DNA of 64,000 nt from an uncultured Clostridia bacterium. Lineage in GTDB: Bacteria > Bacillota > Clostridia > TANB77 > CAG-465. The notes below the pieces were generated by a model, which made no database searches, was not told the DNA's origin, and saw nothing but the letters and a program-made list of their open reading frames with translations. The stretch lies in assembly GCA_934130595.1 (NCBI GenBank), contig CAKOYF010000006.1, positions 8,994 through 72,993 of the forward strand, in the 5' to 3' direction. The translations under genes were made by a program, and so were the position numbers. Below, one piece after another: positions 30,296 to 39,069 of this stretch (positions are counted from its first letter, which is position 1; each line of letters begins with the position of its first letter).

Positions 30296-31207
30296 ATGGA
30301 AAATAAAAAGGAACTATTGAAAGTAACAAACGACTATGTATTTAAAAGAATATTTGGTCAAAAAGGAAATGAAGATATAACAAGAGGATTCTTAAGAGCA
30401 GTGACTAAAGTAGAATATAATAATATAGATTTAGAGGATACACCAATACTAGAAAGAGATTTAATAGAAAACAAGATGGGAATATTAGACGTAAAAGTAG
30501 TAGCCAACAAAGAGAATAATATAGATATAGAGATGCAAGTAACAAAATCAGAATACATAGCAGAAAGAATATTATGGTATTGGTCAAAATTATATGCAGG
30601 ATCAATAGAAAAAGGAGAAGGATATAATAGCACTAAAAAGGCAATATGTATATTAATAGCAGACTTTAAATTAGAAAAATTAAAAGAGATAGAAAAGTAT
30701 CATACAAAATGGAATATACGAGAAGAAGAGTATAAAAACATAATCTTGACAGACAGATTAGAATTGCATATAATAGAGTTAGAAAAGCTGGAAAGAAGAA
30801 ATAACAAGAGCAAAGAAGAGGAAGAATTACTAAATTGGTGTAAGTTCATAAAATTTCCAGAGAAAGTAGAGGAATCTATAATAATGAAAAATGAGGAAAT
30901 AAAGAAAGCCAAAGAGCAATTAAATAAAATAAGTCAAGATAAAAAGGAAAGAAGACTAGCAGAACTAAGAGAAAAGGCAATAATGGACGAGATGGCAATA
31001 AGAGATAGCGGATATAATGAGGGCAGAAAAGAAGGATTGGAAGAGGGAATACATCGTGGAATTGAACTAGGAAAAGAAGAAGGAGTGAAAAAAGGAAAAA
31101 AAGCAGAAAAAAAGAGTATTGCTCAAAATATGCTAGAAATGAAAATAGATAAAGAAATTATATCAAAAGTTACAGGATTGACTATTAGTGAGATAGATAA
31201 TATGTAA
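30296..31207 (+). CDS. Rpn-family recombination-promoting nuclease / PD-(D/E)XK 'putative transposase' (YhgA-like)
   Basis: N-terminus LLKVTNDYVFKRIFG... and the D..E.Q core (GILDVKV....IDIEMQV). C-terminal E/K-rich tail ends ...ISKVTGLTISEIDNM. Confidence 0.75.
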   Translation: MENKKELLKVTNDYVFKRIFGQKGNEDITRGFLRAVTKVEYNNIDLEDTPILERDLIENKMGILDVKVVANKENNIDIEMQVTKSEYIAERILWYWSKLYAGSIEKGEGYNSTKKAICILIADFKLEKLKEIEKYHTKWNIREEEYKNIILTDRLELHIIELEKLERRNNKSKEEEELLNWCKFIKFPEKVEESIIMKNEEIKKAKEQLNKISQDKKERRLAELREKAIMDEMAIRDSGYNEGRKEGLEEGIHRGIELGKEEGVKKGKKAEKKSIAQNMLEMKIDKEIISKVTGLTISEIDNM

Positions 31208-31499
31208 TAAAAAGAAAGTAGAGGAATCTATAATAATGAAAAATGAGGAAATAAAGAAAGCCAAAGAGCAATTAGATAAAATAAGTCAAGATAAAAAAGA
31301 AAGAAGATTAGCAGAACTAAGAGAAAAGGCAATAAAAGACGAGATGGCAATAAGAGATAGCGGATACAATGAGGGCAGAAAAGAAGGAATAGAAGAAGGA
31401 ATAAGGAAAACAGCGAAGAATATGCTAGAAATAAAAATAGATAAAGAAATTATATCAAAAGTTACAGGATTGACTATTAGTGAGATAGATAATATATAA
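30861..31499 (+). repeat. tandem partial duplication of the rpn 3' end
   Basis: 30861-31207 recurs at 31213-31499, including the GAGGA + 10 nt + ATG context. Copy 2 lacks about 60 nt (HRGIELGKEEGVKKGKKAEKKSIAQ replaced by RKTAK). Confidence 0.85.
31236..31499 (+). CDS. stand-alone copy of the Rpn C-terminal tail (87 aa)
   Basis: MKNEEIKKAKEQLDKISQDKKERRLAELREKAI... is near-identical to residues 197-303 of the upstream Rpn protein. It has its own SD-like GAGGA (31221-31225). Confidence 0.6.
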   Translation: MKNEEIKKAKEQLDKISQDKKERRLAELREKAIKDEMAIRDSGYNEGRKEGIEEGIRKTAKNMLEIKIDKEIISKVTGLTISEIDNI

Positions 31500-31567
31500 A
31501 TAAAGCGGGGCATTTTAGATTTTCTAAAGTGCCTTTTTAATATTTTTATGAAAATAATTAAATACTA

Positions 31568-31614
31568 TTGACAATTGAACATGTATTCAACTATAATATA
31601 AATATAGTTGAATA
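31568..31614 (+). promoter_or_regulatory. cad operon promoter with a 12-7-12 inverted-repeat operator
   Basis: TTGACA (31568-31573) and TATAAT (31592-31597). TATTCAACTATA (31584-31595) and TATAGTTGAATA (31603-31614) are perfect inverted repeats overlapping the -10, as for ArsR/SmtB operators. Confidence 0.65.
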
Positions 31615-31661
31615 ACAATTCAATTGTTCTGGCATATAATGTAAATTGTAAGGAGGTTTAT

Positions 31662-32027
31662 ATGGCAAAGAATGAATTTACTTGTGATTGTAATATAATT
31701 CATGAAGAAGTTGTAAAAAAAGCACTAAAAGTAATGCCTGAAGATGATATTTTTTATAAATTAGCAGATTTTTTTAAAGTTTTAGGTGATACTACTAGAG
31801 CAAAAATACTATTTGCATTAGATCAAAATGAAATGTGTGTATGCGATATAGCAAATACTTTAAATATGAGTAAATCTTCTATTTCTCATCAGCTAAGTAC
31901 ATTAAGAAGAACAGGAATAGTAAAATGTAGAAAAGAAGGTAAAGAAGTATACTATATGTTAGATGATGAACACGTTAAACAATCTTTTGAAGTAGGCCTT
32001 GAACATATTGAACATAAAAATAAGTAA
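31662..32027 (+). CDS. cadC: ArsR/SmtB-family metal-sensing repressor, CadC-like
   Basis: ATG 31662 follows AGGAGG. N-terminal CDC, alpha-3 site ...EMCVCDIANTL..., HTH SISHQLSTLRRTGIV. Close by eye to pI258 CadC. Confidence 0.8.
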   Translation: MAKNEFTCDCNIIHEEVVKKALKVMPEDDIFYKLADFFKVLGDTTRAKILFALDQNEMCVCDIANTLNMSKSSISHQLSTLRRTGIVKCRKEGKEVYYMLDDEHVKQSFEVGLEHIEHKNK

Positions 32028-32043
32028 TATTGGAGGTAAAATT

Positions 32044-32265
32044 ATGAAGTTAAAATTTAAAATTAAAGGATTAGACTGTGCAAATTGTGCAGCGGAATTA
32101 GAAAGAGCAATACAAAAAGTTGATGGTGTAGAAAGTGCAACAATTAGTTTTATGGCCGAAAGAATGACACTAGAAATTGACGAAGAGAGAAAAGAAGAAG
32201 TAATTGAAAAAGTTAATAAAGTTGTAAAAAAAGAAGAACCAGATGTTACTTTAAAAGAAATATAG
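32044..32265 (+). CDS. heavy-metal-associated (HMA) domain protein, separated from the ATPase by a single in-frame TAG
   Basis: MKLKFKIKGLDCANCAAELERAI (GxxCxxC). ATG 32044 follows GGAGG. Stop TAG at 32263-32265 is in the same frame as the next ORF. Confidence 0.7.
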   Translation: MKLKFKIKGLDCANCAAELERAIQKVDGVESATISFMAERMTLEIDEERKEEVIEKVNKVVKKEEPDVTLKEI

Positions 32266-32274
32266 GTGAAGAAT

Positions 32275-34116
32275 ATGAAAAAAAGAGCAATTAAGATAAT
32301 AGTAGCGTTCATTCTGTTTGTTGCAGCTATGGTTATTAATGTTAGCAATGTTTGGATAAATAATATTTTGTATATTATAAGTTACTTAATTGTTGGATAC
32401 GATATTGTATTAAAGGCTATAAGAAATATATTTAGGGGAAAAGTTTTTGATGAAAATTTTCTTATGACTGTTGCTACAATAGGAGCTTTTGGAGTAGGTG
32501 AGTTTCCAGAAGCAGTTGCAGTTATGTTATTTTATCAAGTAGGAGAATTATTCCAAAGCTTTGCTGTAGATAGATCTAGAAAATCAATATCAAGTTTGAT
32601 GGATATAAGACCAGATTTTGCAAACTTAGTAAAAGAAGATAGCATAGAAAAAGTAGATCCAGATGAAGTAAGCATTGGAAATATTATATTGATACGTCCT
32701 GGAGAAAAAATACCATTAGATGGTGTAGTAGTAGAAGGAAATTCAATGATAGACACTAAGGCATTAACTGGAGAATCAGTTCCTAGAGAAGTAAATGTAG
32801 GAGATGATATTTTAAGTGGATGTATAAATGTTAATGGTCTTTTAAAAGTAGAAGTAACAAAAGAGTTTGAAGAGTCAACTGTTAGTAAAATACTAGAGTT
32901 AGTAGAAAATGCAAGTAGTAAAAAATCAAAATCAGAGAATTTTATTACTAAATTTGCTAAATACTATACTCCAATAGTTGTAATAATAGCAGTAGTACTT
33001 GCAGTAATACCACCTATTATTATACCTGGAGCTAGTTTTTCAGACTGGTTATATAGAGCATTATCATTTTTAGTTGTATCATGTCCATGTGCATTAGTTA
33101 TATCTATACCACTAAGTTTCTTTGGTGGTATTGGTGGAGCATCTAAGATTGGAATTCTTATAAAGGGAAGTAACTATCTAGAAGCTTTAGCAAAATCAGA
33201 AATAATTGTTTTTGATAAAACAGGAACTTTAACAGAAGGTGTTTTTGAGGTTCAAAAAATAGAAGCAGTTGGAATAACTGAAGAAAAATTAATTAGATAT
33301 GCAGCACTTGCTGAAAGCTTTTCTAACCATCCAATAGCACAGTCTGTAAAGAAAGCTTATGGAAAAGAAATTGATTCTAAATTAGTAACAAGTACAAACG
33401 AGTTAACAGGACTTGGTATAGAGTCAATAATTGAAGATAAGGATGTTATTATCGGAAATGAAAAGTTGATGATAAGTAAAAATATAGATTACAACAAGTG
33501 TAAAGATATAGGAACTGTATTGTATGTTGCAATTGATCAAAAATATTGTGGATACATACTAATATCAGACAAAATAAAAGAAGATTCTAAAGCAGCTATA
33601 AAACAATTAAAAAATAGCAATGTTTCTCAAACAGTTATGCTTACAGGGGATAAAAAAGATGTAGGTGAGTTTGTAGCAAATGAAATAGGATTAGATAAAG
33701 TATATACAGATTTACTTCCTGATGGAAAGGTTGAAAAAGTTGAAGAGTTAATGAAGCAAAAAAGTGAAAAAGGAAAACTTGTATTTGTAGGAGACGGAAT
33801 AAATGATGCTCCAGTATTAGCTCTTTCAGATATTGGTATTGCAATGGGAGGATTAGGATCTGATGCTGCTATAGAGGCTGCTGATGTTGTAATAATGACA
33901 GATGAGCCATCTAAGATTTCTAAGGCAATTAGTTTATCTAAGAAAACTCTTAGAATAGTAAAAGAGAATATCTTTTTTGCAATATTTGTAAAAATTGCAG
34001 TATTAGTATTATGTGCCTTTGGAATATCAACAATGTGGGAAGCCGTATTTGCTGATGTAGGTGTTTCAATAATAGCTATATTAAATGCATTAAGAGTTTT
34101 AAGAGTAAAAGAATAG
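32275..34116 (+). CDS. cadA: heavy-metal (Cd/Zn/Co-type) translocating P1B-type ATPase lacking its N-terminal HMA domain
   Basis: CPC in SCPCALVIS, DKTGTLT phosphorylation site, GDGINDAP hinge. ATG 32275 follows AGGTG (32264-32268); GTG 32266 is an alternative start. Confidence 0.85.
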   Translation: MKKRAIKIIVAFILFVAAMVINVSNVWINNILYIISYLIVGYDIVLKAIRNIFRGKVFDENFLMTVATIGAFGVGEFPEAVAVMLFYQVGELFQSFAVDRSRKSISSLMDIRPDFANLVKEDSIEKVDPDEVSIGNIILIRPGEKIPLDGVVVEGNSMIDTKALTGESVPREVNVGDDILSGCINVNGLLKVEVTKEFEESTVSKILELVENASSKKSKSENFITKFAKYYTPIVVIIAVVLAVIPPIIIPGASFSDWLYRALSFLVVSCPCALVISIPLSFFGGIGGASKIGILIKGSNYLEALAKSEIIVFDKTGTLTEGVFEVQKIEAVGITEEKLIRYAALAESFSNHPIAQSVKKAYGKEIDSKLVTSTNELTGLGIESIIEDKDVIIGNEKLMISKNIDYNKCKDIGTVLYVAIDQKYCGYILISDKIKEDSKAAIKQLKNSNVSQTVMLTGDKKDVGEFVANEIGLDKVYTDLLPDGKVEKVEELMKQKSEKGKLVFVGDGINDAPVLALSDIGIAMGGLGSDAAIEAADVVIMTDEPSKISKAISLSKKTLRIVKENIFFAIFVKIAVLVLCAFGISTMWEAVFADVGVSIIAILNALRVLRVKE

Positions 34117-34117
34117 G

Positions 34118-34146
34118 GAAAGGAATATATAGTTCCTTTCTTTTTC
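34118..34146 (+). terminator. terminator after cadA
   Basis: GAAAGGAA pairs with TTCCTTTC, followed by TTTTT. Confidence 0.55.
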
Positions 34147-34214
34147 TTTTAAATATTTACAATTTGATATATAATATATATAATTTATAGTAGAAATATT
34201 AAGGAGAAAAGATT

Positions 34215-34700
34215 ATGATTGTAGAATATGAAGAAAAATATTTAGAAGATGTAAGAGATTTATTAGTTGAACTTGAAGAATATATATTAACTATAGATAA
34301 AGATAATCTTGATCAACTTCATCCTGAATATAGAGAAAAAATGGCACTTTTAGATTTAAAAGAAGCACAAGAATATAACGGAAAATGTTTTTTAGCAATT
34401 GAAGATGGAAAAGTAATAGGTTTAATAATTGGATGTGTTAAACCTTATGATGAATATGATTACTTAGATTATAAATGTCCTAAAAGAGGCAATATTACAG
34501 AATTAATAGTATCTAAAAATTCTAGAAGTGGTGGAGTTGGTAAAAAATTAATAAACAAAATGGAAGAATATTTTAAGAGTATAGGGTGTCAATATGTTTT
34601 AATAGAGGTATTCGGATATAATGACAATGCAATAAATTTTTATCAAAACAGAGGATATCATACTAGAATGCTTGATATGATTAAAAAAATAGATGAATAA
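34215..34700 (+). CDS. GNAT-family N-acetyltransferase
   Basis: Acetyl-CoA motif RSGGVGKKLINKME and C-terminal NAINFYQNRGY. Confidence 0.8.
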   Translation: MIVEYEEKYLEDVRDLLVELEEYILTIDKDNLDQLHPEYREKMALLDLKEAQEYNGKCFLAIEDGKVIGLIIGCVKPYDEYDYLDYKCPKRGNITELIVSKNSRSGGVGKKLINKMEEYFKSIGCQYVLIEVFGYNDNAINFYQNRGYHTRMLDMIKKIDE

Positions 34701-34721
34701 ATATAAATTTAAAGCAAACTA

Positions 34722-34847
34722 TTACAAATATAAAAAGTTTATGATATAATACACAAGACAATATATAGACAGGTATTAATTGGAAACGCACATTACTAAA
34801 AGTAATGATAACGAACAACACAAGTGATATGTGTTGTTTTTTTATTT
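34722..34847 (+). promoter_or_regulatory. promoter plus ~100-nt leader ending in an intrinsic terminator (candidate attenuator or riboswitch)
   Basis: TTACAA (34722-34727), 17 nt, TGaTATAAT (34742-34750). Hairpin CATTACT/AGTAATG (34791-34807). Terminator AACAACACA/TGTGTTGTT (34814-34838) plus T7, 20 nt before the SD of the next gene. Confidence 0.4.
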
Positions 34848-34868
34848 TTAGAAGGGAGTTTTTATATT

Positions 34869-35333
34869 ATGCCAAAAACAAAATTTCAAGATTTTATTTA
34901 TACCATTGTAATGGTTATTATTATGGTATATGCAATGATTTGCTACAATGTAGCTGTTAATATGGGAGGGATGTCTAATAAAGTATTTATAGCAGCTTTA
35001 GGTGAATTACCAATTATGGGAACTATTGCCTTTTGTTTAGAATTTTTCTTAATAGGAAAGCTATCTCAAAAAATAGCATTTAAAATGGTAAATCCTAAAG
35101 AAGAAAAACCTATATTTATAAACATTGCTATATCATCAGTAATAGTTAGTTTTATGTGTCCAATAATGAGTTTTATTGGTAGCTTACTTTTTGGATTTAA
35201 TGGTGCTTCAAATATTATAGCTAATTGGTTACAAACATGTACTTTAAATTTTCCAATGGCTTTATGTTTTCAAATATTCTATGCAGGTCCATTTGTAAGA
35301 TTTATATTTAATAAAATATTTAAAAATAATTAA
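34869..35333 (+). CDS. DUF2798-like small membrane protein
   Basis: ATG 34869 follows GAAGGGAG; the 34824 start in the track would lie inside the terminator hairpin. About 4 TM helices. The MPKTKFQDFIYTIVM... N-terminus resembles DUF2798. Confidence 0.5.
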   Translation: MPKTKFQDFIYTIVMVIIMVYAMICYNVAVNMGGMSNKVFIAALGELPIMGTIAFCLEFFLIGKLSQKIAFKMVNPKEEKPIFINIAISSVIVSFMCPIMSFIGSLLFGFNGASNIIANWLQTCTLNFPMALCFQIFYAGPFVRFIFNKIFKNN

Positions 35334-35424
35334 AATATGAATTTATTATAGCAAAATATGATATAATTGAATAGAAAAATGAGAATGCTAAGAAAAATAG
35401 TGTAAAGAAAGAAGTGGAATAAAA

Positions 35425-36309
35425 ATGGGAAAATCAAAAGTATATTTTACAAAAGAAATTACACCTGAGAGTGTAATTAAAATGTATGAAACTCTTGGAG
35501 TAGATTTACCAGGAAAAGTTGCTGTAAAAATACATTCTGGAGAAAAAGGTAATCAAAACTATATTAAACCAGAATTTGTAAAAGCAATTGTTGAAAAAGT
35601 AAATGGAACTATTGTTGAATGTAATACTGCTTATGGCGGTGCTAGAAACACAACTGAAAAGCATGAAGAATTAATGAAAGAACATGGATGGACAAAATAT
35701 TTTAATGTAGATATAATGGATGCAGAAGGAAATGATTTAAAATTAGATATTCCAAATGGAAAAGTAATAAAAGAAAACTATGTTGGTAATCATATAAAAA
35801 ATTATGATTCAATGCTTGTATTATCACATTTTAAAGGACATCCAATGGGCGGATATGGCGGAGCATTAAAACAATTATCAATAGGATGTGGTTCTGCAAA
35901 TGGAAAAGCATGGATACATTCAGCAGGAGTAACAAAAGATCCTGAAAAACTATGGGATAACTTACCAGAGCAAGATAAATTCCTTGAAGCAATGGCTGAT
36001 GCTGCTTCATCAGTTCACAATATGTTTAAAGGAAAAATTGTTTATATAAACGTTATGTGTAATATGTCAGTAGATTGTGATTGTTGTGCTATTGCAGAAG
36101 ATCCTTGTATGAAAGATGTAGGTGTTCTTATTAGTACAGATCCAATAGCTATAGACCAAGCATGTATAGATATTGTATATAATTCAAAAGATCCAGGAAG
36201 AGATCATCTAGTAGAAAGAATTGAAAGACAAAATGGTGTTCATACAATTGAAGCTGCAAGTGAACTTGGATTTGGTTCAAGAGAATATGATCTAATAAAC
36301 ATAGATTAA
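35425..36309 (+). CDS. DUF362-domain protein (uncharacterised Fe-S centre protein type)
   Basis: SKVYFTKEI...VAVKIHSGEKGN N-terminus and the Cys cluster NMSVDCDCCA. Confidence 0.6.
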   Translation: MGKSKVYFTKEITPESVIKMYETLGVDLPGKVAVKIHSGEKGNQNYIKPEFVKAIVEKVNGTIVECNTAYGGARNTTEKHEELMKEHGWTKYFNVDIMDAEGNDLKLDIPNGKVIKENYVGNHIKNYDSMLVLSHFKGHPMGGYGGALKQLSIGCGSANGKAWIHSAGVTKDPEKLWDNLPEQDKFLEAMADAASSVHNMFKGKIVYINVMCNMSVDCDCCAIAEDPCMKDVGVLISTDPIAIDQACIDIVYNSKDPGRDHLVERIERQNGVHTIEAASELGFGSREYDLINID

Positions 36310-36328
36310 ATTTAGGAGGCAATTAAAA

Positions 36329-36820
36329 TTGGAAAATAAAAAGAAATTAGTTGTATTTTATTCATATACTGGACATACTAAAATGATAGCTGAAAGAATA
36401 CAAAAAGAACTAGGTTGTGATATTTTAGAGTTAAAACCTAAAATACCATATTCAACAGATTATCAAACTGTTGTAGATGATGAACAAAATAGTGAGGCAA
36501 GTAATCATATACCTCAAATACAGGATATAGATGTAGACTTAAGTAATTATGAAGAAATTATACTAGGGTTCCCAACTTGGTGGTACAGGCCCTGTCCAGT
36601 AGTAAGAGCCTTTTTAGTTAACAATAATTTATCTGGAAAAGTTATTGTTCCTTTTGCAACTAATGCAGGATGGCTTGGAAGAAGCTTTGAAGAAGTTAAA
36701 AAATTGTGTCCAGATAGCAAAGTTGAAAAACAAATGAACATTGTATTTTCACAAGATTACGAAGAAAATAGAGTAATTACATCTGAAAAAGAAATAGAAA
36801 ATTGGATTAAGAGTATATAG
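36329..36820 (+). CDS. flavodoxin-family protein
   Basis: KLVVFYSYTGHTKMIAERI FMN-binding N-terminus and the GFPTWWY segment. TTG start follows GGAGG. Confidence 0.7.
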   Translation: MENKKKLVVFYSYTGHTKMIAERIQKELGCDILELKPKIPYSTDYQTVVDDEQNSEASNHIPQIQDIDVDLSNYEEIILGFPTWWYRPCPVVRAFLVNNNLSGKVIVPFATNAGWLGRSFEEVKKLCPDSKVEKQMNIVFSQDYEENRVITSEKEIENWIKSI

Positions 36821-36897
36821 TATATGTAAAGCTAGTAATATTGAAAATTACTAGCTTTTGTGATATAAGTAAGTATGGTAAAAATGGAGGATATAGT

Positions 36898-37359
36898 ATG
36901 AATAAATATATGAAAATTGCAAAAGAAAACGCAGATAATGGAATATCAAAAGGAGAAGGTGGACCTTTTGGGGCTGTAATAGTAGATAAAGAAGGAAATG
37001 TAGTATCAAATGGTAACAATAAAGTTATACTTACTAATGATCCTACAGCGCATGCTGAAATTGTAGCTATTAGGAATGCTTGTAAAAACCTAGGAACATA
37101 TGATTTAACTGGATATAGTTTATATACTTCATGTGAGCCATGTCCAATGTGCTTATCTGCAATAATATGGGCAAACATAAAAGAAGTATTTTATGGATGC
37201 ACTAAAAAAGATGCAGCCAATATAGGATTTAGGGACGATGCTATTTATGAGTATCTAAAAGGAAACAATGATGATTTAATACATCTTGAAAAAATGGACA
37301 GAGATGAATGCATAAAGACTTTTGAAGAGTATAATAAAAAGAATGGTGTCATTTATTAA
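36898..37359 (+). CDS. guaD: guanine deaminase, CDA-fold (GuaD-like)
   Basis: GGPFGAVIV...NDPTAHAE...CEPCPMC zinc motifs. Closely parallels B. subtilis GuaD by eye. ATG 36898 follows GGAGG. Confidence 0.7.
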   Translation: MNKYMKIAKENADNGISKGEGGPFGAVIVDKEGNVVSNGNNKVILTNDPTAHAEIVAIRNACKNLGTYDLTGYSLYTSCEPCPMCLSAIIWANIKEVFYGCTKKDAANIGFRDDAIYEYLKGNNDDLIHLEKMDRDECIKTFEEYNKKNGVIY

Positions 37360-37373
37360 TTAGGAGGAGAAAA

Positions 37374-37697
37374 ATGTATAAAAATATTGAAAAGAAACAA
37401 ATAATGAAACTTGAAGATCTAGTTGAATATCAAGAAGGGCAAGTAGTAAGTAAGACTCTAGTTCAAAACGTACTAGTTAGTGTTACAGTATTTTCTTTTG
37501 ATAAAGGCGAAGAAATTTCTACACATGTTTCTGGTGGAGATGCAATGGTTACTGTATTAGACGGAAAAGGAAAATTTACAATTGGAGGAGAAGAATATAT
37601 TCTACAAAAAGGTGAAACAATTGTAATGCCTAAAAATGTACCACATGCAGTTTATGGAGAGGAAAAGTTTAAAATGCTACTAGTTGTATCATTTTAA
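37374..37697 (+). CDS. cupin-domain protein
   Basis: 107 aa with G.E.S.H...G....V..G and ...P..VPHAV cupin motifs. Confidence 0.65.
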   Translation: MYKNIEKKQIMKLEDLVEYQEGQVVSKTLVQNVLVSVTVFSFDKGEEISTHVSGGDAMVTVLDGKGKFTIGGEEYILQKGETIVMPKNVPHAVYGEEKFKMLLVVSF

Positions 37698-37714
37698 TAT
37701 ATATTTAAAGGCTT

Positions 37715-38371
37715 ATGAAAATAAATGTAAATAATGTAAATTTAAATTATGAAGAATATGGAACAGGCAGGCCAATAATATTACTACATGGAAATAGTGA
37801 GGATATCACTATTTTTAGAAAACTTATAGATAAACTAAAACCAGATTATAAAGTGTATGCTATAGATAGTAGATGTCATGGAAAAAGTGAAAACACAGAA
37901 AAAATATCTTATGACCTTATGGCAAAAGATGTAATTGAGTTTATAAAACAAAAAGAAATAGAGTCTCCTATTTTATATGGATTTAGTGATGGTGGAATTA
38001 TTGGACTAAAAATTGCAATAGAAGAACCCAATTTGTTATCTGAACTTATTGTAAGCGGAGCAAATATAAATCCAAAAGGAATGAAGAATATGACATTATT
38101 TTGGTGTAAATTTGCATATTGGATATCTAAGGATAAGCTAATAAAAATGATGATAGATGAGCCAAACATTTTACCATCTGAGTTAGCAAAAATTAAAATA
38201 CCAGTGCATGTTATTGCAGGACAAAAGGATGTTATAAAACAAAAGCATACTATGTTAATAGCTAACAGTATAAAAAATAGTACACTAGATATTATTCCAA
38301 ATGAAAATCATGGTAGTTATATTGTAGACAGTGAAAAAATATATTATATTATAAAGAAATATATAAAATAG
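37715..38371 (+). CDS. alpha/beta hydrolase
   Basis: HGNSED oxyanion region, nucleophile elbow GFSDGG, and a C-terminal NENHGS histidine. Confidence 0.7.
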   Translation: MKINVNNVNLNYEEYGTGRPIILLHGNSEDITIFRKLIDKLKPDYKVYAIDSRCHGKSENTEKISYDLMAKDVIEFIKQKEIESPILYGFSDGGIIGLKIAIEEPNLLSELIVSGANINPKGMKNMTLFWCKFAYWISKDKLIKMMIDEPNILPSELAKIKIPVHVIAGQKDVIKQKHTMLIANSIKNSTLDIIPNENHGSYIVDSEKIYYIIKKYIK

Positions 38372-38377
38372 TAATTA

Positions 38378-38410
38378 ATAGATGTGTTAAATGGACACAT
38401 CTATTTTTTT
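38378..38410 (+). terminator. terminator after the hydrolase gene
   Basis: ATAGATGTGT pairs with ACACATCTAT, followed by T7. Confidence 0.7.
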
Positions 38411-38548
38411 GTATATTGCTTTTTATTTTTAAATAAGGTAGTATAGGAAGTGTGATGGGGGAACAAAATAAAATTATAATATATTTTGCTAATATCACAA
38501 ATTTATATTTAAGAAAGGGTTTTATGATGTATATCATGAGGTGAGATT

Positions 38549-38995
38549 ATGGAAAACAAAGAAAAAATTAACGAATTAAGAGAAAACTTAAAAAAAATCA
38601 ATGAAAAAATAAAAGATTCAACAGATACAGCTATATTATCTGGTATGTATGCTAAAGATGAAGTAGACAAAAAAATAAAGGAAGCTAAGGTAAAATTAAG
38701 TGACGCACAAGAAAAATTAAAAGAAAAAAGTGAAAAAGGAAAAATAAAATTAACTGAAGACATAACAAAAATGCAAGATAGTTTACAAGATGCAAGAAAA
38801 AGTCTAGAGTTAAAGAAAGAAGAAAAAAATAAAGAAAAATTAGAAAAATACATAAAAAATAAAACAGAATATGCAGATGATGCTTTAGCAATAGCTCTAA
38901 TTGCAATAGATGAAGCTAAAGTTGCATTTTTAGAAGCTGTTGAAGCACAAATAGAATATGATGAAATTTATGGAGAAAATGAAGAAGAAAAATAA
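38549..38995 (+). CDS. hypothetical coiled-coil protein
   Basis: SD GAGGTGAG. 148 aa, K/E-rich and heptad-like, with no TM segment or known motif. Confidence 0.55.
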   Translation: MENKEKINELRENLKKINEKIKDSTDTAILSGMYAKDEVDKKIKEAKVKLSDAQEKLKEKSEKGKIKLTEDITKMQDSLQDARKSLELKKEEKNKEKLEKYIKNKTEYADDALAIALIAIDEAKVAFLEAVEAQIEYDEIYGENEEEK

Positions 38996-39069
38996 TTCTT
39001 ATAAAAAAATGTAGATAAAACAAGTTCCTATATGTTATAATAAAAAATATTAATATAGGAGAGGAAAAT

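Noticed and set aside
30296-31207. Rpn 'putative transposase' as a mobile element.
   Set aside because: No terminal inverted repeats, target-site duplication or second copy in the window. The flanks are an ordinary terminator and promoter, so I treat it as a chromosomal nuclease gene, not an IS.
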